Source: Chrysomallon squamiferum (Eukaryota; Animalia; Mollusca). Taken from it: 64,000 nucleotides of DNA. This document shows positions 42,501 to 55,704 of the stretch, in pieces. Within the stretch, counting starts at the first letter, position 1. Each line of letters opens with the position of its first letter. The translations under genes were made by a program, and so were the position numbers. The notes beneath the pieces are model-generated. The model ran no database searches. It worked only from the letters and a program-made list of their open reading frames with translations, and had not been told where the DNA came from. The stretch covers positions 2,108,001-2,172,000 of the forward strand of contig CM022674.1 of the NCBI GenBank assembly GCA_012295275.1. The letters run 5' to 3'.

Positions 42501-42629
42501 TAATAGAAAATGTTCCTTTGTGAAACGAATGTATTTATGTGTGTGTGTGTGTCTGTGTGTGTGTGTGTGCTTATATATAAAGAAAGAAAGAGATTGAGAG
42601 AGAGAGAGGGGGAATGAAGAGAATGACGG

Positions 42630-42683
<54 letters not shown>

Positions 42684-42993
42684 GGCTTTGGTGTATGTTA
42701 AACACAAACGAAACACATCAGTTTCCACACAGTTAAGTCATGTATCCATGCAAACAGACACAAAAATTTAATATTTTCAAACCCTTTAAAGATAAATTAA
42801 CACAGTCAGTCCAGAACACTTATTTTGAAACTTCAAACTGCACCTACTGCGCAGAGAATGATATTAATGTTTTCAGTCACCGTTTCGAAAGTTTTAGAAC
42901 GGTAAAAAAAAATCGGGAAGTTAGTTACACAAACAGTTTATAACTTCGCAGTTTCTAACCTAAGCATTAAAACTTCATTATGTTGTAACATGC

Positions 42994-43064
<71 letters not shown>

Positions 43065-43399
43065 GTTGAAAAGCCAAAGAAACGAAAAACTTTCCCGCAA
43101 TGATTTGTAAAGTGGTTTCGATCAATACTTTTAAGGAACACATACAATTTACGATTTCTTTTTCCGTAACAGTTTTCTGTGATGTATAAAAAAAACCCAG
43201 TAGTTACTCTTAGTATTATCACTTTTTCAAAACACTGAATGATACGATTTTGCAAGGCAAAAGTTTCATACTTTGTGAGTGTAACAACAAAGTATCTGTT
43301 AATCTTGCGACTGTTTGTGAAAAAAAAATATTGACGAGTACAAAATCGTGTGACCTGACTAGTTTTTCTCGTCTGCTGGCAAAAACTACTTGTACTTAC

Positions 43400-43454
43400 C
43401 TAAACAAGAAACTGCCGTTAGCGTCACTAGAATGACCAATGTATCAAAATCCAT
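43400..43454 (-). CDS. Gene B exon 1: signal peptide of a C-type lectin transmembrane receptor (gene spans 43454-29493)
   Basis: aaacgATGG... encodes MDFDTLVILVTLTAVSCL, followed by consensus donor TAG|gtaagt. Phase 1 matches the phase-1 CTLD exon. Inr-like and CCAAT motifs lie upstream. Confidence 0.7.
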
Positions 43455-43495
43455 CGTTTTCGATCAATAAGTTAGCCACCAGGCTGGGCTGTTCC

Positions 43496-43604
43496 GACTG
43501 ATGTAAATAACAGTAATGGACGACGCAATCGGTGGTTCAAGCAATCACCACAAACCTCAAATGTGAAGCTATGAAGGTATCCGATCTTCGCCGTTTCATT
43601 GGCT
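43496..43604 (-). promoter_or_regulatory. Putative gene B core promoter: TCAGTC initiator-like motif (43496-43501) and CCAAT box AGCCAATGA (43596-43604)
   Basis: Motif matches about 45 and 145 bp upstream of the signal-peptide ATG, in a locally CpG-containing segment. Confidence 0.45.
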
Positions 43605-44103
43605 GTCGGAGGTATTCTTAGCACGTTGACCTCCTGTCAAAAATACCTCAAAGAGGCCTTAAAGGGGTTGAAGTATTTACAAGCTTGTTTGTTAATGCAG
43701 CATTTTTTTTTTATTTTATTTATTCACCTTTTATACGCTAAAAAGTTCTGATTTGATACTTGAGACAAAGTAGTGCAATTTCTTGTTCATTAATGCAGAA
43801 ATTTGCTGGGATAATGTGAGACAAAGTTCATTGTTTTTTGTTTTTTAAAAATGAAACGTCCTTTTAATCCTCAATTTGAAGAATCAGCAATATTTTCCGA
43901 TTTTTTCCGTATTTTTTAAGTTTTTAATTTTTTTGTAGTTTTGTATGTTTATTTATTTATTTATTTATTTATTAGTTTTTACACATAAATGGAAATAAAA
44001 ATTAAAGATGTTATATAAGACTGACACAAAGTATAAGGAGTTAAAATTCAAGAGAATGTTTTTTTGCAGGACGCCATTTTATTTAGCTACTTGCGTGTTT
44101 CTT

Positions 44104-44201
<98 letters not shown>

Positions 44202-44674
44202 ATTTCTGTGTATGTACGTGTTTCTCAGTGTATATATATATATATATATAAAAAAGCGTATTTCGTCTTCTGAATGTACGTGTTAGATACAGTTTAAAGA
44301 AATACAGAATATGAAACTTTTTAGCTGAAACTGGCAGAATGTTTAAGAACTTTCTAAGAATGCAAACAGGCGATATAAATATTTAGTAAATATTCAAAAA
44401 ATGTTAAATAATCTTTTTCATCTGCAACTCACTCTAATTTAGCTTATATAAAATAATTTTGTGAAAATCTGCACAACAGTATATATACTTTTCTGTGCGT
44501 ATCTATATGTATGTTATTCTGAGTGAATGTTTGTGTGTGTTTACTATCAATGTTTTTAATATTTGGTGCCTAAATAAATAACACACACCAATACAGACAA
44601 CAACATCAACTACTAAGTCATCCTAGAATCCTAATAATAATAATAATAATAATAATGATAACAACAACAACAAC

Positions 44675-44755
<81 letters not shown>

Positions 44756-45504
44756 AAGAAGAAGAAAAATAAAACAAACAAAATAATTATTGTTATCATA
44801 TTTTATTTTACAAAAAAAAAAAAAAAAAGAATGATATAATTACATATATATATAAAAAAATAAAAATCTGATTTAAAAAAATAATAGCTTTAATATTTTC
44901 AAAAAGGACGGAAAATTGTGAAACATTTCATATTCTGCATTTGAGATAAAAACATACACATTGAACCAGAATCTATTTACACAGTATATATATATATATC
45001 TATAACACTATTGTTTAAGAGGATAACATTTGTACAATACGAGTAATTATTACGATAATTATCAAAGGCATTTACTGACATCCTGACAGAGTAGTCTGCC
45101 CGTGCTCATTAAATGTAGATGGCACTAAATTACGATACCAATAGAAGATAAAGAAATATATATATATATATATATATATAATAAAATAAAATAAATATTA
45201 TAAATAATAATAATAATAATAGTAATAATGATGTAAACGAGTTGAAATATTATATACACCTACTCCAATGAAGAATACAGTGTTTTGTCAGTAAACACAC
45301 AAACACTAAGTGCCCTATGTTTATCGATACATTTTAAATATTTTTCGTTTTCCCGGAGGGTGTGTGTATCAGAAGTTACGTTCGATTTTATTTTATATTT
45401 TTATTTTTTTTATATCCTAAAAATATTCTGCATATGTCAATAGAAATTATCACAGAAAATGGTGGTTGGGGAACTAGATAATAAATAAATAAATAAATAA
45501 ATAA

Positions 45505-45535
<31 letters not shown>

Positions 45536-45996
45536 AATAAGGGGCTTTTGAAACGAAAATCTTATTGGACACAAAAGACATGGAGAACGCTTCTTTGAGC
45601 AGTATTAAACTTTAAAAATACATTTATGACGTCACAATGGTTGCGTCAAAGCGTCATTAACTTAGTTTACCAGAGAAGCCTTAACTTTGGATTTTCTTCT
45701 CCTATTAATGAAGACTATTTCTTCATTTTCTCATTTAAAAAGCGACGACTCAGTAAATCACGATTTATCAAGCGTTATAAATGAGAAATAACTCGAGATG
45801 GTTCTGAAGCAGGATAAAGACAATCTAATAATGATCTATTTTTAGTAACAAGTAATCTTGTATCGCTTATGTCATGAAATTTAATGTGACACTTTGCCCT
45901 TGTCGTCTTTGTTGTAACTGCTTGTCAGTAATTTACTGTTCCTCGGTTATTCACCATAGCAACAAATACTGTGGCATAATGAATGCAGACATATCA

Positions 45997-46048
<52 letters not shown>

Positions 46049-47139
46049 CAAAAGTACCTCTTTTTTTTTTTTTTTTTTTTATCAACCCTGAAATATACAT
46101 AGTTTCTGGAAATTATTGTGTTGTTGTTGTTATTGTCATTATTATAATTATCATAATTACCATAATCATTATTATTATTACCATGATGAAGATCATCATC
46201 ATTTGTGCTTTTAACATCATCGTCATCATGATCATCCTGTTGTTGTTGTTGTTATTGTTCTTGTTGTTGCTGTTACTATTGTTGTTGTTGTTGTTGTTTG
46301 TGTTGTTGTTATTATTATTATTATTAAAAATAAAGAACTAAACTGTATACAAATTAATAACTTTCAGAATTTTCTGGAAACCGGATGGTGTATGGTCTGG
46401 TATCCTGATCTTTCAAATCACTGGTATCAATAATTATTTTATTTTGTGCTAGATACATTCCTTTGCTAATAATAAAATATTACAATAATTATTACAAGAA
46501 GCAGCCAGACGATTCAATGAAGCCTCATTTTCCATTCTTTCTTTAAGCACTCATAACGTGATGTCTCACCTAAAAATGTAAAAAGAAAGAAAAGGAAAAA
46601 AAAAAAAAAAAAAAACGAAGAAAAAAAAGAAGACGATAGCTTGCATGGCTGCATCAACTTAAAGTCTTAAATGAGTAAATCATTGACCTTGACCTTAGCA
46701 AGTAGTTTATCTAGTTTTTGTTTCATTCTATACATGAGGTGAAAAGTTAAAGGAAAATAATTATCAGTATCTGACTCCTCAGTTATTATAATTTCTTTAT
46801 TATTGGCAAAGGATAGGATGTTAGAAAAATAAATGATTTGTTATAAAACTATTACGTTGATACAAACATAGGTAAAAATTTGTTTATAAAGAACAATAAA
46901 AGAAAAATAAATAAATAATATAAATATATAAAAAAGATTAAAAAAAAGATAAATATAAAATAAACAGAGAATGACAAATAAATAAAATTAAATAAATTAG
47001 AAAATATAACAGTACAAATAATAATATATATACACCACTCATTTGGAACTGTAACTGAGATTAATAATGTTTGTAGTTTCAGGTTTGATGTTTAAAAATA
47101 AAAAATAAACCAATCACTTCGAAGTACTTAATACAATCA

Positions 47140-47705
47140 CTTACCACCATGAGCATACCGTAACAAAGTTTGTAAAAGTGAAAATTTTAATATATTACGA
47201 TGGGCAAATCTTAACAAAGTTTGTAGATATATGATGGGGGCACCAATGCCCTATGATGGGTACATCTTTATCAAGTTTTTATATGTGAAAACAATGCAGT
47301 ATATTGTGATGGACACACCTTAACGAAATCTCTAAATCTTAAAATTTCACATGTCACGATGGGATACATGTTAGCAACGATTTAGTTGTAAAAACAATAT
47401 AGTTACGTTATTGAGAGCATAACTTAACAAAGTTTGTAGATGTGAAAACACTATAGTACATTATGATGGGCACATTTTTTACGTGTCAATACAATACAAT
47501 GGTATATCATGACGGGCACTCCTTAACACAGTTCGTAAATCCGATTTTTTTTTTATCACATTACGATAGGTACATCTTAACAAAGTTTGTAGGTGTGATA
47601 ACAGTATACAGTACACTACGATGGATGCATCTTAACGAGGTTTGTAGATTTTACAACACTATATCAGATTAGGATGGGCACGGCTTGACAAAGGCTAAAT
47701 ATGGA
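47140..47705. repeat. Degenerate ~57-bp tandem repeat, about 10 copies, in the presumed gene C 3'UTR
   Basis: Recurring gatggg.acatcttaacaaagtttgtaga core, starting right after the stop codon. Confidence 0.8.
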
Positions 47706-47720
47706 AACGGTTATCACAGT

Positions 47721-47882
47721 TTAATAGCAGGATTTTAACAACGACATTTTTCTCTTGGTGGCCTTTTGTGTCTTAGCTTTTTGAGACAGGGGGTGTTTAG
47801 TTTTAGAAACTTTAGTCCTGGGACGAACCTTGTTCATTTCTTCCCCGTGGCGAGTCTGAATTTCGTTGATGATGCCTTTCGT
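47721..47882 (-). CDS. Gene C terminal exon: basic tail ending KRKMSLLKSCY*
   Basis: ccttccag|ACG, phase 0. Exon lengths sum to 3057 nt with exon 1b, an intact 1018-aa frame. Confidence 0.82.
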   Translation of the reverse strand, partial: TKGIINEIQTRHGEEMNKVRPRTKVSKTKHPLSQKAKTQKATKRKMSLLKSCY

Positions 47883-48499
47883 CTGGAAGGAGAAAAATAA
47901 AAAAGAAAAAGTAATTAAAAATAAAAGAAAAAAAATATTTAAAAAAAATAAAATAAAATAAAAAATATTTTTGACGCTCACAATCTTTATTTATAAGCAA
48001 ATGTAACGTGAAAAGCATAACGTTAAAAAAAATCATTTGTAAGCGTCGATGTGTTTTGTAAGTCGTGACGTCATCTCGTAGACGTCAGATATATATATAC
48101 ACATACAGTTTCTTTTAATGAGTTTCAACCGCCTACACGATGTCTTTTTCAGGTGTGTTATTTTGGCTAACAACAATATTATTTACTTTTTTGTTACTGG
48201 AGACGATGGATAAAGTACTAACTTAAAGTACTGTATTGATCTATACCGTCATACTCTCACTAGAAAACGTTAGATGCTGTAATTAAAGAAGAAGAAGAAG
48301 AAGAAGAAGAAGAAGAAGAAGAAGAAAAAGAAGAAGAAGAAGAAGAAGAAAACGGAAAAAGAAGGAAGAAGAAAAAGGTTTATAAATAGAAGAAGAAAGA
48401 CACGAATCACTTCAGTGTAATTAATAGTTCCATCAGTCAAAATCAGTTGAACTGAACCGTTGCCATTGAAACCTAACGACGTCATGGACAAAAACGTAC

Positions 48500-48685
48500 C
48501 CAAACGAAAAACGTTGCTGCTCCGGCACTGACGACCCTGACCTCGTCCAGCGTGTGGCCGTGAAGTAGGTCACGTGCTCCTAGTGCAATGTCAAGGTCGA
48601 CTTTGTCGATGTTGAATTCTTCTATGAGACGTTTCGGTGAGTCTTTTCCAGTTTTACCCATCAGTACTTGTACCTTCATCCAGTC
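48500..48685 (-). CDS. Gene C exon 7: dynein-MTBD-like module, continued
   Basis: atcaag|GAC...TGG|gtacgt, 186 nt, phase 0 to 0. Encodes DWMKVQVLMGK...FNIDKV...LDEVRVVSAGAATFFVW. Confidence 0.85.
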
Positions 48686-48698
48686 CTTGATGATGATG

Positions 48699-48744
<46 letters not shown>

Positions 48745-48814
48745 AGCAGCAGCAGCAGCATAAACAACAACAACAACACAACAACAACAATAATAATAAT
48801 AATCATAGAGCAGC

Positions 48815-48853
<39 letters not shown>

Positions 48854-48988
48854 AATAATAATAATAGCAACAACAAAAACTACAAAAACAATAATAACAT
48901 TAGAAATAGTAACAGTAATAATTGTAGTATTAAAAGTAAAAGTATTCGTAAAATAATAATAATAATAATAATAATAATTAATAAAAAC

Positions 48989-49269
48989 CTGGGTTTCGTC
49001 TGTGAAATGTCCAAGCAGTAACAAGGCAGCCATTAGAATTCTGTGCACGACCGGCGGAGGAGAATGGTACCCCTTCAGTTCCGCAATAGTGGACTGGTCC
49101 AGCTGCATGACGTCATGCCACAGCTTGTGAATGTGATCCAACCTTTCCATCAGGCACTTGGCTTTTTTCATGTCGTCTGTCATGGCCGGTTCGGAGCCTT
49201 TTTCTTTGATCAAATTTGTGATCGCTTCAAGTCGTTTCAAATCCCTAGAGTTTATCGCTTCGGCAAGTT
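48989..49269 (-). CDS. Gene C exon 6: helical region and start of a dynein-MTBD-like module
   Basis: ttttacag|AACTT...CCAG|gttttt, phase 1 to 0. Encodes ELAEAINSRDLKRLEA...LDQSTIAELKGYHSPPPVVHRILMAALLLLG. Confidence 0.88.
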
Positions 49270-49314
49270 CTGTAAAATAATGCTGTTAAGTTTAATTTCG
49301 TTATGTGGTTAAGG

Positions 49315-49413
<99 letters not shown>

Positions 49414-50278
49414 AAATGTACTGCAGATTGTTTGGAAAAAACTACTAAAACACATTTAATATTCTTGTTGTATTCATTTGTTAACTTTTGTACTTGGTAA
49501 TTAAAATAGAGTATTATCGACTTCTCTGTTAGATTTACTAAATATTGGCGACCAATCTTTGTTCATTGTATAGTTTTACAATAATATAATATATAATGGA
49601 TGTATACCGAATTTCTCTAAATCGTTTTTATTGATATTGTTGTTGTTGTTGTTATTATTGTTATTGTTATTATTATTATTATTGTTATTAAGCAAACTAT
49701 ATTCTGTAAAAACTCATATTAATCATATTGTTTTTGCTACAGATGTCAGCATATAATAAATAATTTCTTTGTCCAGCGCCATCTTTTCGCGGAAGAAATA
49801 TGACGTCGACAATCAGCTGACGTCATTCATTACCGTCAAACGTAAAAAATACAGTCGAAGAAATTTCGTTTTTATGAATTTTGTTAGGGTAAGGTAAGTA
49901 TTGAATTTTCTGTTTTGAAGTTGTATTAGCACTAAAACTGGGTTTGTCGCGCAGATTCTCACAAAATTATTTTATATAAGCTAAATTAGAGTGAGTTGCA
50001 GATGAAGAAGATTATTTAACATTTTTAAAAATATTTAGTAAATATTTATATCGCCTGTTTGCATTCTAGAATGCTAAAAACGTTTCAGGTCAGTATTTCT
50101 TTAAACTGTGTCTAACATGTACATTTAGAAGACGAAATACGCTTTAATATATATATATAAAAAATATTTTTCGGTAAGGAAATGCCAGGGACTCAGTCTT
50201 TTCAGTACATTTTCAAATACTGCATCATTACTTCCCTTAGTTTTGTACGCGGCTGTAATAAACTGTTATTTCTCGAAC

Positions 50279-50689
50279 CTTTCTTCATCTGAATCACTTC
50301 CAGCTCTTTCTGCGCTCTCTCCAGCTCGTGCACTGCTTGTTCAGCGGTCAGCTTTTTCCTCACTTCGTACAGACTCGTGTTCATTTGCGAAATCTGCAGG
50401 GCCGTAAGTCCTTTCTCCCGCGTTTCACTCGCGACTTTGACGTGGTCGTAGAAGCCGTTGTTGTCGTTGTCGTTGTTGTCGTTGTTGTCGTTGTTGTCGT
50501 TGTCGTTGTTGTCGTTGTCGTCGTTGTTGTCGTTGTCGTCGTCGTCGGGTTTGTTGTCCTCTTCTGCGATCGGGAAGGGCTCAGTTTTGACGACTTCCTT
50601 CAGTTCGTTGATCGTCTTCTGAAGTTCTGGTTCGTCCATCGCTTCAGCGGCCAAAGCGATTCTGTTCTCGATGTGTCCAGCTTTTGATT
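50279..50689 (-). CDS. Gene C exon 5: helical/coiled-coil linker with an Asp/Asn trinucleotide insert
   Basis: ccccacag|AATC...AAAG|gttcga, 411 nt, phase 1 to 1. Confidence 0.85.
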
Positions 50690-50849
50690 CTGTGGGGAAA
50701 AAAGATTTTAAAAAATCTAAATTTAAAAAAATTTTAAAAAAAGAAAAAAAAAAAAATAATGAAATACGAAAGTAAAATAATAATAATCTTGAGTATAATG
50801 AAATACGAAAGTACTATAAAATAATAATAATTATAATACTACTACTACA

Positions 50850-50916
<67 letters not shown>

Positions 50917-51192
50917 GTGACAGCAGTAATATTTAGAAGGCATATAGACACAGTAAAAGAAAAAGAAAGTATGTGAGAACAGTGTGATAAAAATTGCAGA
51001 TAATATATGATAAACAGAAAATTATAATAAAGCAAACATGTGATGAAACACGGAAGAAAATAAAAAAAGAAGATGTTTTGTGAGTGGACGATTGAGGATA
51101 TGAGAAAGAATATACAGCAATATAAAAACAGAAACAAACTGATAGTGAAAGAAAAGGATATGAGAAAGAATATGTGTGTGTGTGAAACAAAC

Positions 51193-51280
<88 letters not shown>

Positions 51281-51380
51281 AGACGGACAGAGAATGTGAA
51301 CAAGTGTAATTGATGCCTGTATGAATCTGGAAGAGACAGACCACGCAGAATAAGACAGACTGAAAATGTTCTGTACGAAC

Positions 51381-52948
51381 CTTCGTCAGCAGACGTGCTG
51401 ACTGTGGCAGCAGACGACACTTTGAGTCTGATGATCTGAGGAGTCAGAGGAGAACTGAATGTTCCCATGGCGCTCTCCACCGACTTGTACTCAACGACGT
51501 AATCAAACAGACCCTGGAAGTCACTCTGGTCTTTGCGCTTCCCCACCAGCTTCAGCCCGTAGTTGCCATATCTGGGCAACGTCACCGTGTACGTGACGAC
51601 GTCGTCGTCGACAGCCTCTTCGACGTACCTCCCGAGGTCTGAGTCCAACGTCTCCGAACCCGTCAGCGACATCGAAACGTCGATGGGCCTCGAGAGGAGA
51701 AACGACACCTGAACTTCGTCCGTTTCCGTGAAGATCATCCCCGACGGGTGGGACACGGGCACCACGCCCAAGTCCCGGCAGGCGATTCTCTGGCCGAGCT
51801 GGTCCTCGAAGCCTTTCGGGTACCCGGCCCTCTTCCGTCTCTGCGATGAGGTGATGAGGTAGTTGAAGAAGTTGCGGTCCTCGGACGCGGCCGCGTAGAG
51901 ACACAGAGAGTACTCTCCCTTCTTGGGCAGTCTGACGCTGAAGATGAGCTTGTTGTCGACGTACCTGTGCACGACGCGGTGTTTGATTATCTCCTCCTTC
52001 ACTCCGGATTTCGACAGGATCGCCGTGAATTTGAGCTTCTTCACTTGCTCCATGTCTTTTATTTCGAACATGATGTCCACCTCGCCGTTCTCGTCCGCCT
52101 GGACCAGTCCGCTCGGGTGACTGACCGGTGACAGCCACCTGGCGGCCGTCTCCTCCGTCGGGCCCCACCCGTTCTCGGGGGTCTCCGGGAACGGCAGGCA
52201 TCTGACTTTCGCTCGCGTGAAGACGATTTTGTAGATGGCGATCCAGTCGTATTGGTATCCCAGCTCGTTGATTCGGCTGTCCTTTCCGACGATTTCCAGA
52301 CGGAAAGTCCCGACGACAGGCGAGCGAATCGTGACGCTGAGAACGTCCGGTTTCGGCTTGTGCACGAACACGTAGCGATCGTACTTCGGGGAGAACCCCG
52401 TCACGCCTTTCGACTCCTGCCTGAACAGCAGGCAGTAGAACCTGAGGTGCATCCCGGACTCCGCGGGAATCCTGAAGAGGATCTCCTCTTGTCCTGCGGA
52501 CGTGATGACGCAGTCGGGGTGCGTCATGACGGCGAGGCCCAGGTCGAAGAAGCGGTCCTTGAGGAAAACCATCTGCTCGAATCGTTCGGCCGTTATCGGC
52601 GCCTCCCTCAGCTGCCACTCGGGCAGGAACGGCAGGTGGGTGGAGATGAGCTGGCGAGGGTCGGTGAGGAAGTAATTCTCGTCACACGTGTAGACGAAGT
52701 TCCTCTCCCGCTTTCTGTCGGTGTCCGGGTCCGATTCGGCGGCTTCGTCCGGATTCGCCAGCCACTCGTCGCCCCCGTCGATGCCGACGGCGCATGCGCC
52801 CCAGTAGGCGTTCATGAACCGCCAGTGCCCGTCAACGAGGACCGCGTTCCACTCGCCGTAGTGAGCGTCGTCGTCGATTTTCTGGCCCACGTCGTAGTTG
52901 GAGCCTTTGAGCTTGCCGTTGACGATGACGCACACGATGTCGCACAGT
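51381..52948 (-). CDS. Gene C exon 4: rest of the transglutaminase-like domain plus three KY-type Ig-like beta-sandwich repeats
   Basis: ctctgcag|ACTG...GAAG|gttcgt, 1568 nt, phase 2 to 1. Motifs CVIVNGKLKGSNY, WNAVLVDGHWRF..AYWGA, DENYFLTDP..LISTHLP..PEWQL. Three repeats start at [ST]HP and contain P..G.[FY].L. Confidence 0.92.
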
Positions 52949-53304
52949 CTGCAGAGGGGAGAATTCCAGTTATGACAGTTTGTGGCGGGATATTTAAATT
53001 ATCAAGAAATTATCACGTGACGTGTGGTAGAGATTTGTTTAAATCGTAAAATTAACATACGTTAAATACATACTGTATTATACTACTGAAAAGATTCTAT
53101 AACGCGATAATTGTACTTACAAGTATTCTAGTGTAAGATTATTGTAGTATTTTTAAAACCACCATTCCACAGTTTCTTTAACGTCATCCTAAGTAACTAA
53201 GAAACTAATTAATTAAATAACTAATTTACTAACGAATTAATAACCAACGATCTAATTAACTAACCAACGAGTTACCAAATATGTCTGAAACTAGCTACTT
53301 AGTG

Positions 53305-53412
<108 letters not shown>

Positions 53413-53415
53413 CCT

Positions 53416-53451
<36 letters not shown>

Positions 53452-53702
53452 CCTCCCTCCCTCCCTCTAACAATCGGTCTGTCTTTTTCGCTTTCTCTGC
53501 CTTTCTGCCTGTCTGTCTGTCTGTCTGTCTCATTCTCTCTCTGCGTGTGTTACACTCGAACGCAACACACATACACACATAATACGCACATGCACTCAAA
53601 TGCTTACTGAGAAAGATAAACACATACACACACACAGAGACACAGACAGACACACACACCACACACACAGACTGAACTAACGTAGTAACAACGTATACAG
53701 AC

Positions 53703-53935
53703 CTGCACAAAATACTAACAAGCTGAGCGTAATTCCCCTTCCCATTTTTGATCCTCCACAGCTGGTGCAGGGGCGTGGCAGGGTCGGGCTGAGTCTGGGG
53801 CAGGAGCTGCTCGTCAAGCTGAACTGACGTAATCCAGCGGTAGATAACTCTAACTTTGGACAGCGTGTCTCTCAGGTTTTCAGTCAGGTACTTGGTCAGT
53901 TCAATGTAGGGTTCTTTCAACAGGCTGCCTGGAGT
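53703..53935 (-). CDS. Gene C exon 3: first part of the transglutaminase-like domain
   Basis: tatttcag|ACT...TGCAG|gtctgt, phase 0 to 2. LTKYLTE...KVRVIYRWIT...GKGNYAQLVSILCR matches the KY/Hillarin/Cyk3 pattern. Confidence 0.9.
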
Positions 53936-53994
53936 CTGAAATAAACAGGTAATCATTAAGTAATTAACTCAGGTACAGGTAAGAATAATTTAGT

Positions 53995-54230
53995 AATTAA
54001 TTTCTTAACATATATATTATTATAATTAACTAATAAATTTCTTAACATATATTATGATAAAGTAATAAATTTTTGGCATATATCATCGTTAACTAATTAC
54101 TTCATAACATTTATTATAATTAACTAATTAATTCATAACCTATATCATAATTAACTAATTAATTCATAACCTATATCATAATTAACTAATTAATTCTTAA
54201 CCTATATCATAATTAACTAATTAATTTTTA
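53995..54230. repeat. ~29-bp AT-rich tandem repeat (taattaactaattaattcataacctatatca)
   Basis: Direct tandem units next to the gene C exon 3 acceptor. Confidence 0.8.
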
Positions 54231-54783
54231 TTTTAATTAGTTCTCCTTTTTTCTTTCATTCCTCCTTTCATTCATTCAGTCAGCCTTTCTTTCATTCACT
54301 CGTTATTCATGGCTGTAGAAATAGTAACGTCTCCCATTTGTTACACGTCCCGTTTGTTATACAGTCAGCTTAGAGACTAATTAATCAAACCCCTAAAACA
54401 TTAGTGTGGAACAGTCGCCGGCTGAACTCAGCCAAAACATTTACATACTGACAGATAACACTGTAGTACATGCCCTACTGCTACTGCCTGTATCATTCAC
54501 ATACGCTAAATGTGACGTAATAATTCATATTACTCACGTGTCACGTGACTGAATTTATAATAAATAAAAGTGAATATATATTTCTGTTCTTGTTTCTTAA
54601 TTGTTAGTAAGGGTTTTGCTCAATTGTTCTCTAAGCTGATTGTGCAACAACTCGTAAGACGAGTCCATTATTGCAAGGCAGGTAGGAGGCATATTAGAAT
54701 TTTACTCAGCCTGTTTTAGTTTGTAATGTTTGCGACAAACTGGGTGTGTAACAAATGGGAGGATTCCGCGTTTGCATCTTTAC

Positions 54784-54984
54784 CTTGTCGGCTCTCGAAT
54801 CTAAGCAGATGTAATCCCGGGGGTCGAAGATTTCCTCTTTGGTGGTGGGCGGTGGGTGGGGCGGTGGTAGCGACTTCACGCTTTCCAAGTCTTGAACCCA
54901 GAGCCCGTGACGCTGGGAGAATTCGTAGCTGGGGTGAATCTGGTAGGTGGCGAGAAACGATCCCGGGACCCGCTCGGCAGAAAC
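54784..54984 (-). CDS. Gene C exon 2: N-terminal region of a KY/Hillarin-like transglutaminase-like protein
   Basis: catttcag|GTT...AAG|gtaaag, 201 nt, phase 0 to 0. Encodes VSAERVPGSFLATYQIHPSYEFSQRHGLWVQDLESVKSLPPPHPPPTTKEEIFDPRDYICLDSRADK. Confidence 0.85.
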
Positions 54985-55100
54985 CTGAAATGTAATTTAG
55001 CATCGTGGAAATGTCGTAATGCTGGACAACATCAACACAGCAACAACAGCAGCAGCATCAACAAAAGCAAAAAAAACAACAACAAAAAAAACTACAACAA

Positions 55101-55138
<38 letters not shown>

Positions 55139-55168
55139 ATAATAATAATAATAATGATGATGATGATG

Positions 55169-55200
<32 letters not shown>

Positions 55201-55473
55201 CGTTAGATGAAAATGTTGAAGATCATGATGAATATAAAGAAGAAGAAAAACAACAACAAAAACAGAAGATGAAGATCAGCAACGATAACAAAAGCAACAT
55301 CAATAACAACGACAACAACTGTTACAACGACGACAACATCATTCGCAAGAGGGAAAAGAAATACCTGTTTCTCGACTCATCGTCATCATCTTATTATTAT
55401 TATTATTATTAACGAAGATGATTATGATTATGAAACAGGATGATAACATTCATTTCTCAAAGAAAGAAAAAGA

Positions 55474-55505
<32 letters not shown>

Positions 55506-55689
55506 AAAAAAATAGAAGAAAAAAAAAAAAAAAAGAAAAAGCTGTTAAAAGGGACAAACAATTACGACAAACGATAAAACCACAGCCTGTTAATCGGTTA
55601 ATCCACGTAATACGTATTAATCTACTTAATAATATCAGCTAATCCGATAATCCAGCCGGTAATGGCATTGTTCGTGGACTCAACCTTAC

Positions 55690-55704
55690 CTTTTTAGTCG
55701 TCAT
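55690..55704 (-). CDS. Gene C alternative first coding exon 1b: MTTKK
   Basis: caaacATG start context with an in-frame TAA upstream; strong donor AAG|gtaagg, phase 0; TCAGTC Inr-like motif at 55744-55749. Confidence 0.55.

Noticed and set aside
47721-47740. C-terminal KSCY as a CaaX prenylation signal
   Set aside because: Cys is the penultimate residue, not fourth from the end, so it is not CaaX; only a polybasic tail is supported.
51521-53049. 365-aa alternative-frame ORF and 265-aa antisense ORF over gene C exon 4
   Set aside because: Expected by-products of GC3-rich codon usage; no recognisable motifs or independent splice signals.
55365-55392. ATG...ACAG|gtattt as another gene C first exon
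   Set aside because: Phase 1, incompatible with the phase-0 acceptor at 54984, and embedded in simple repeats.
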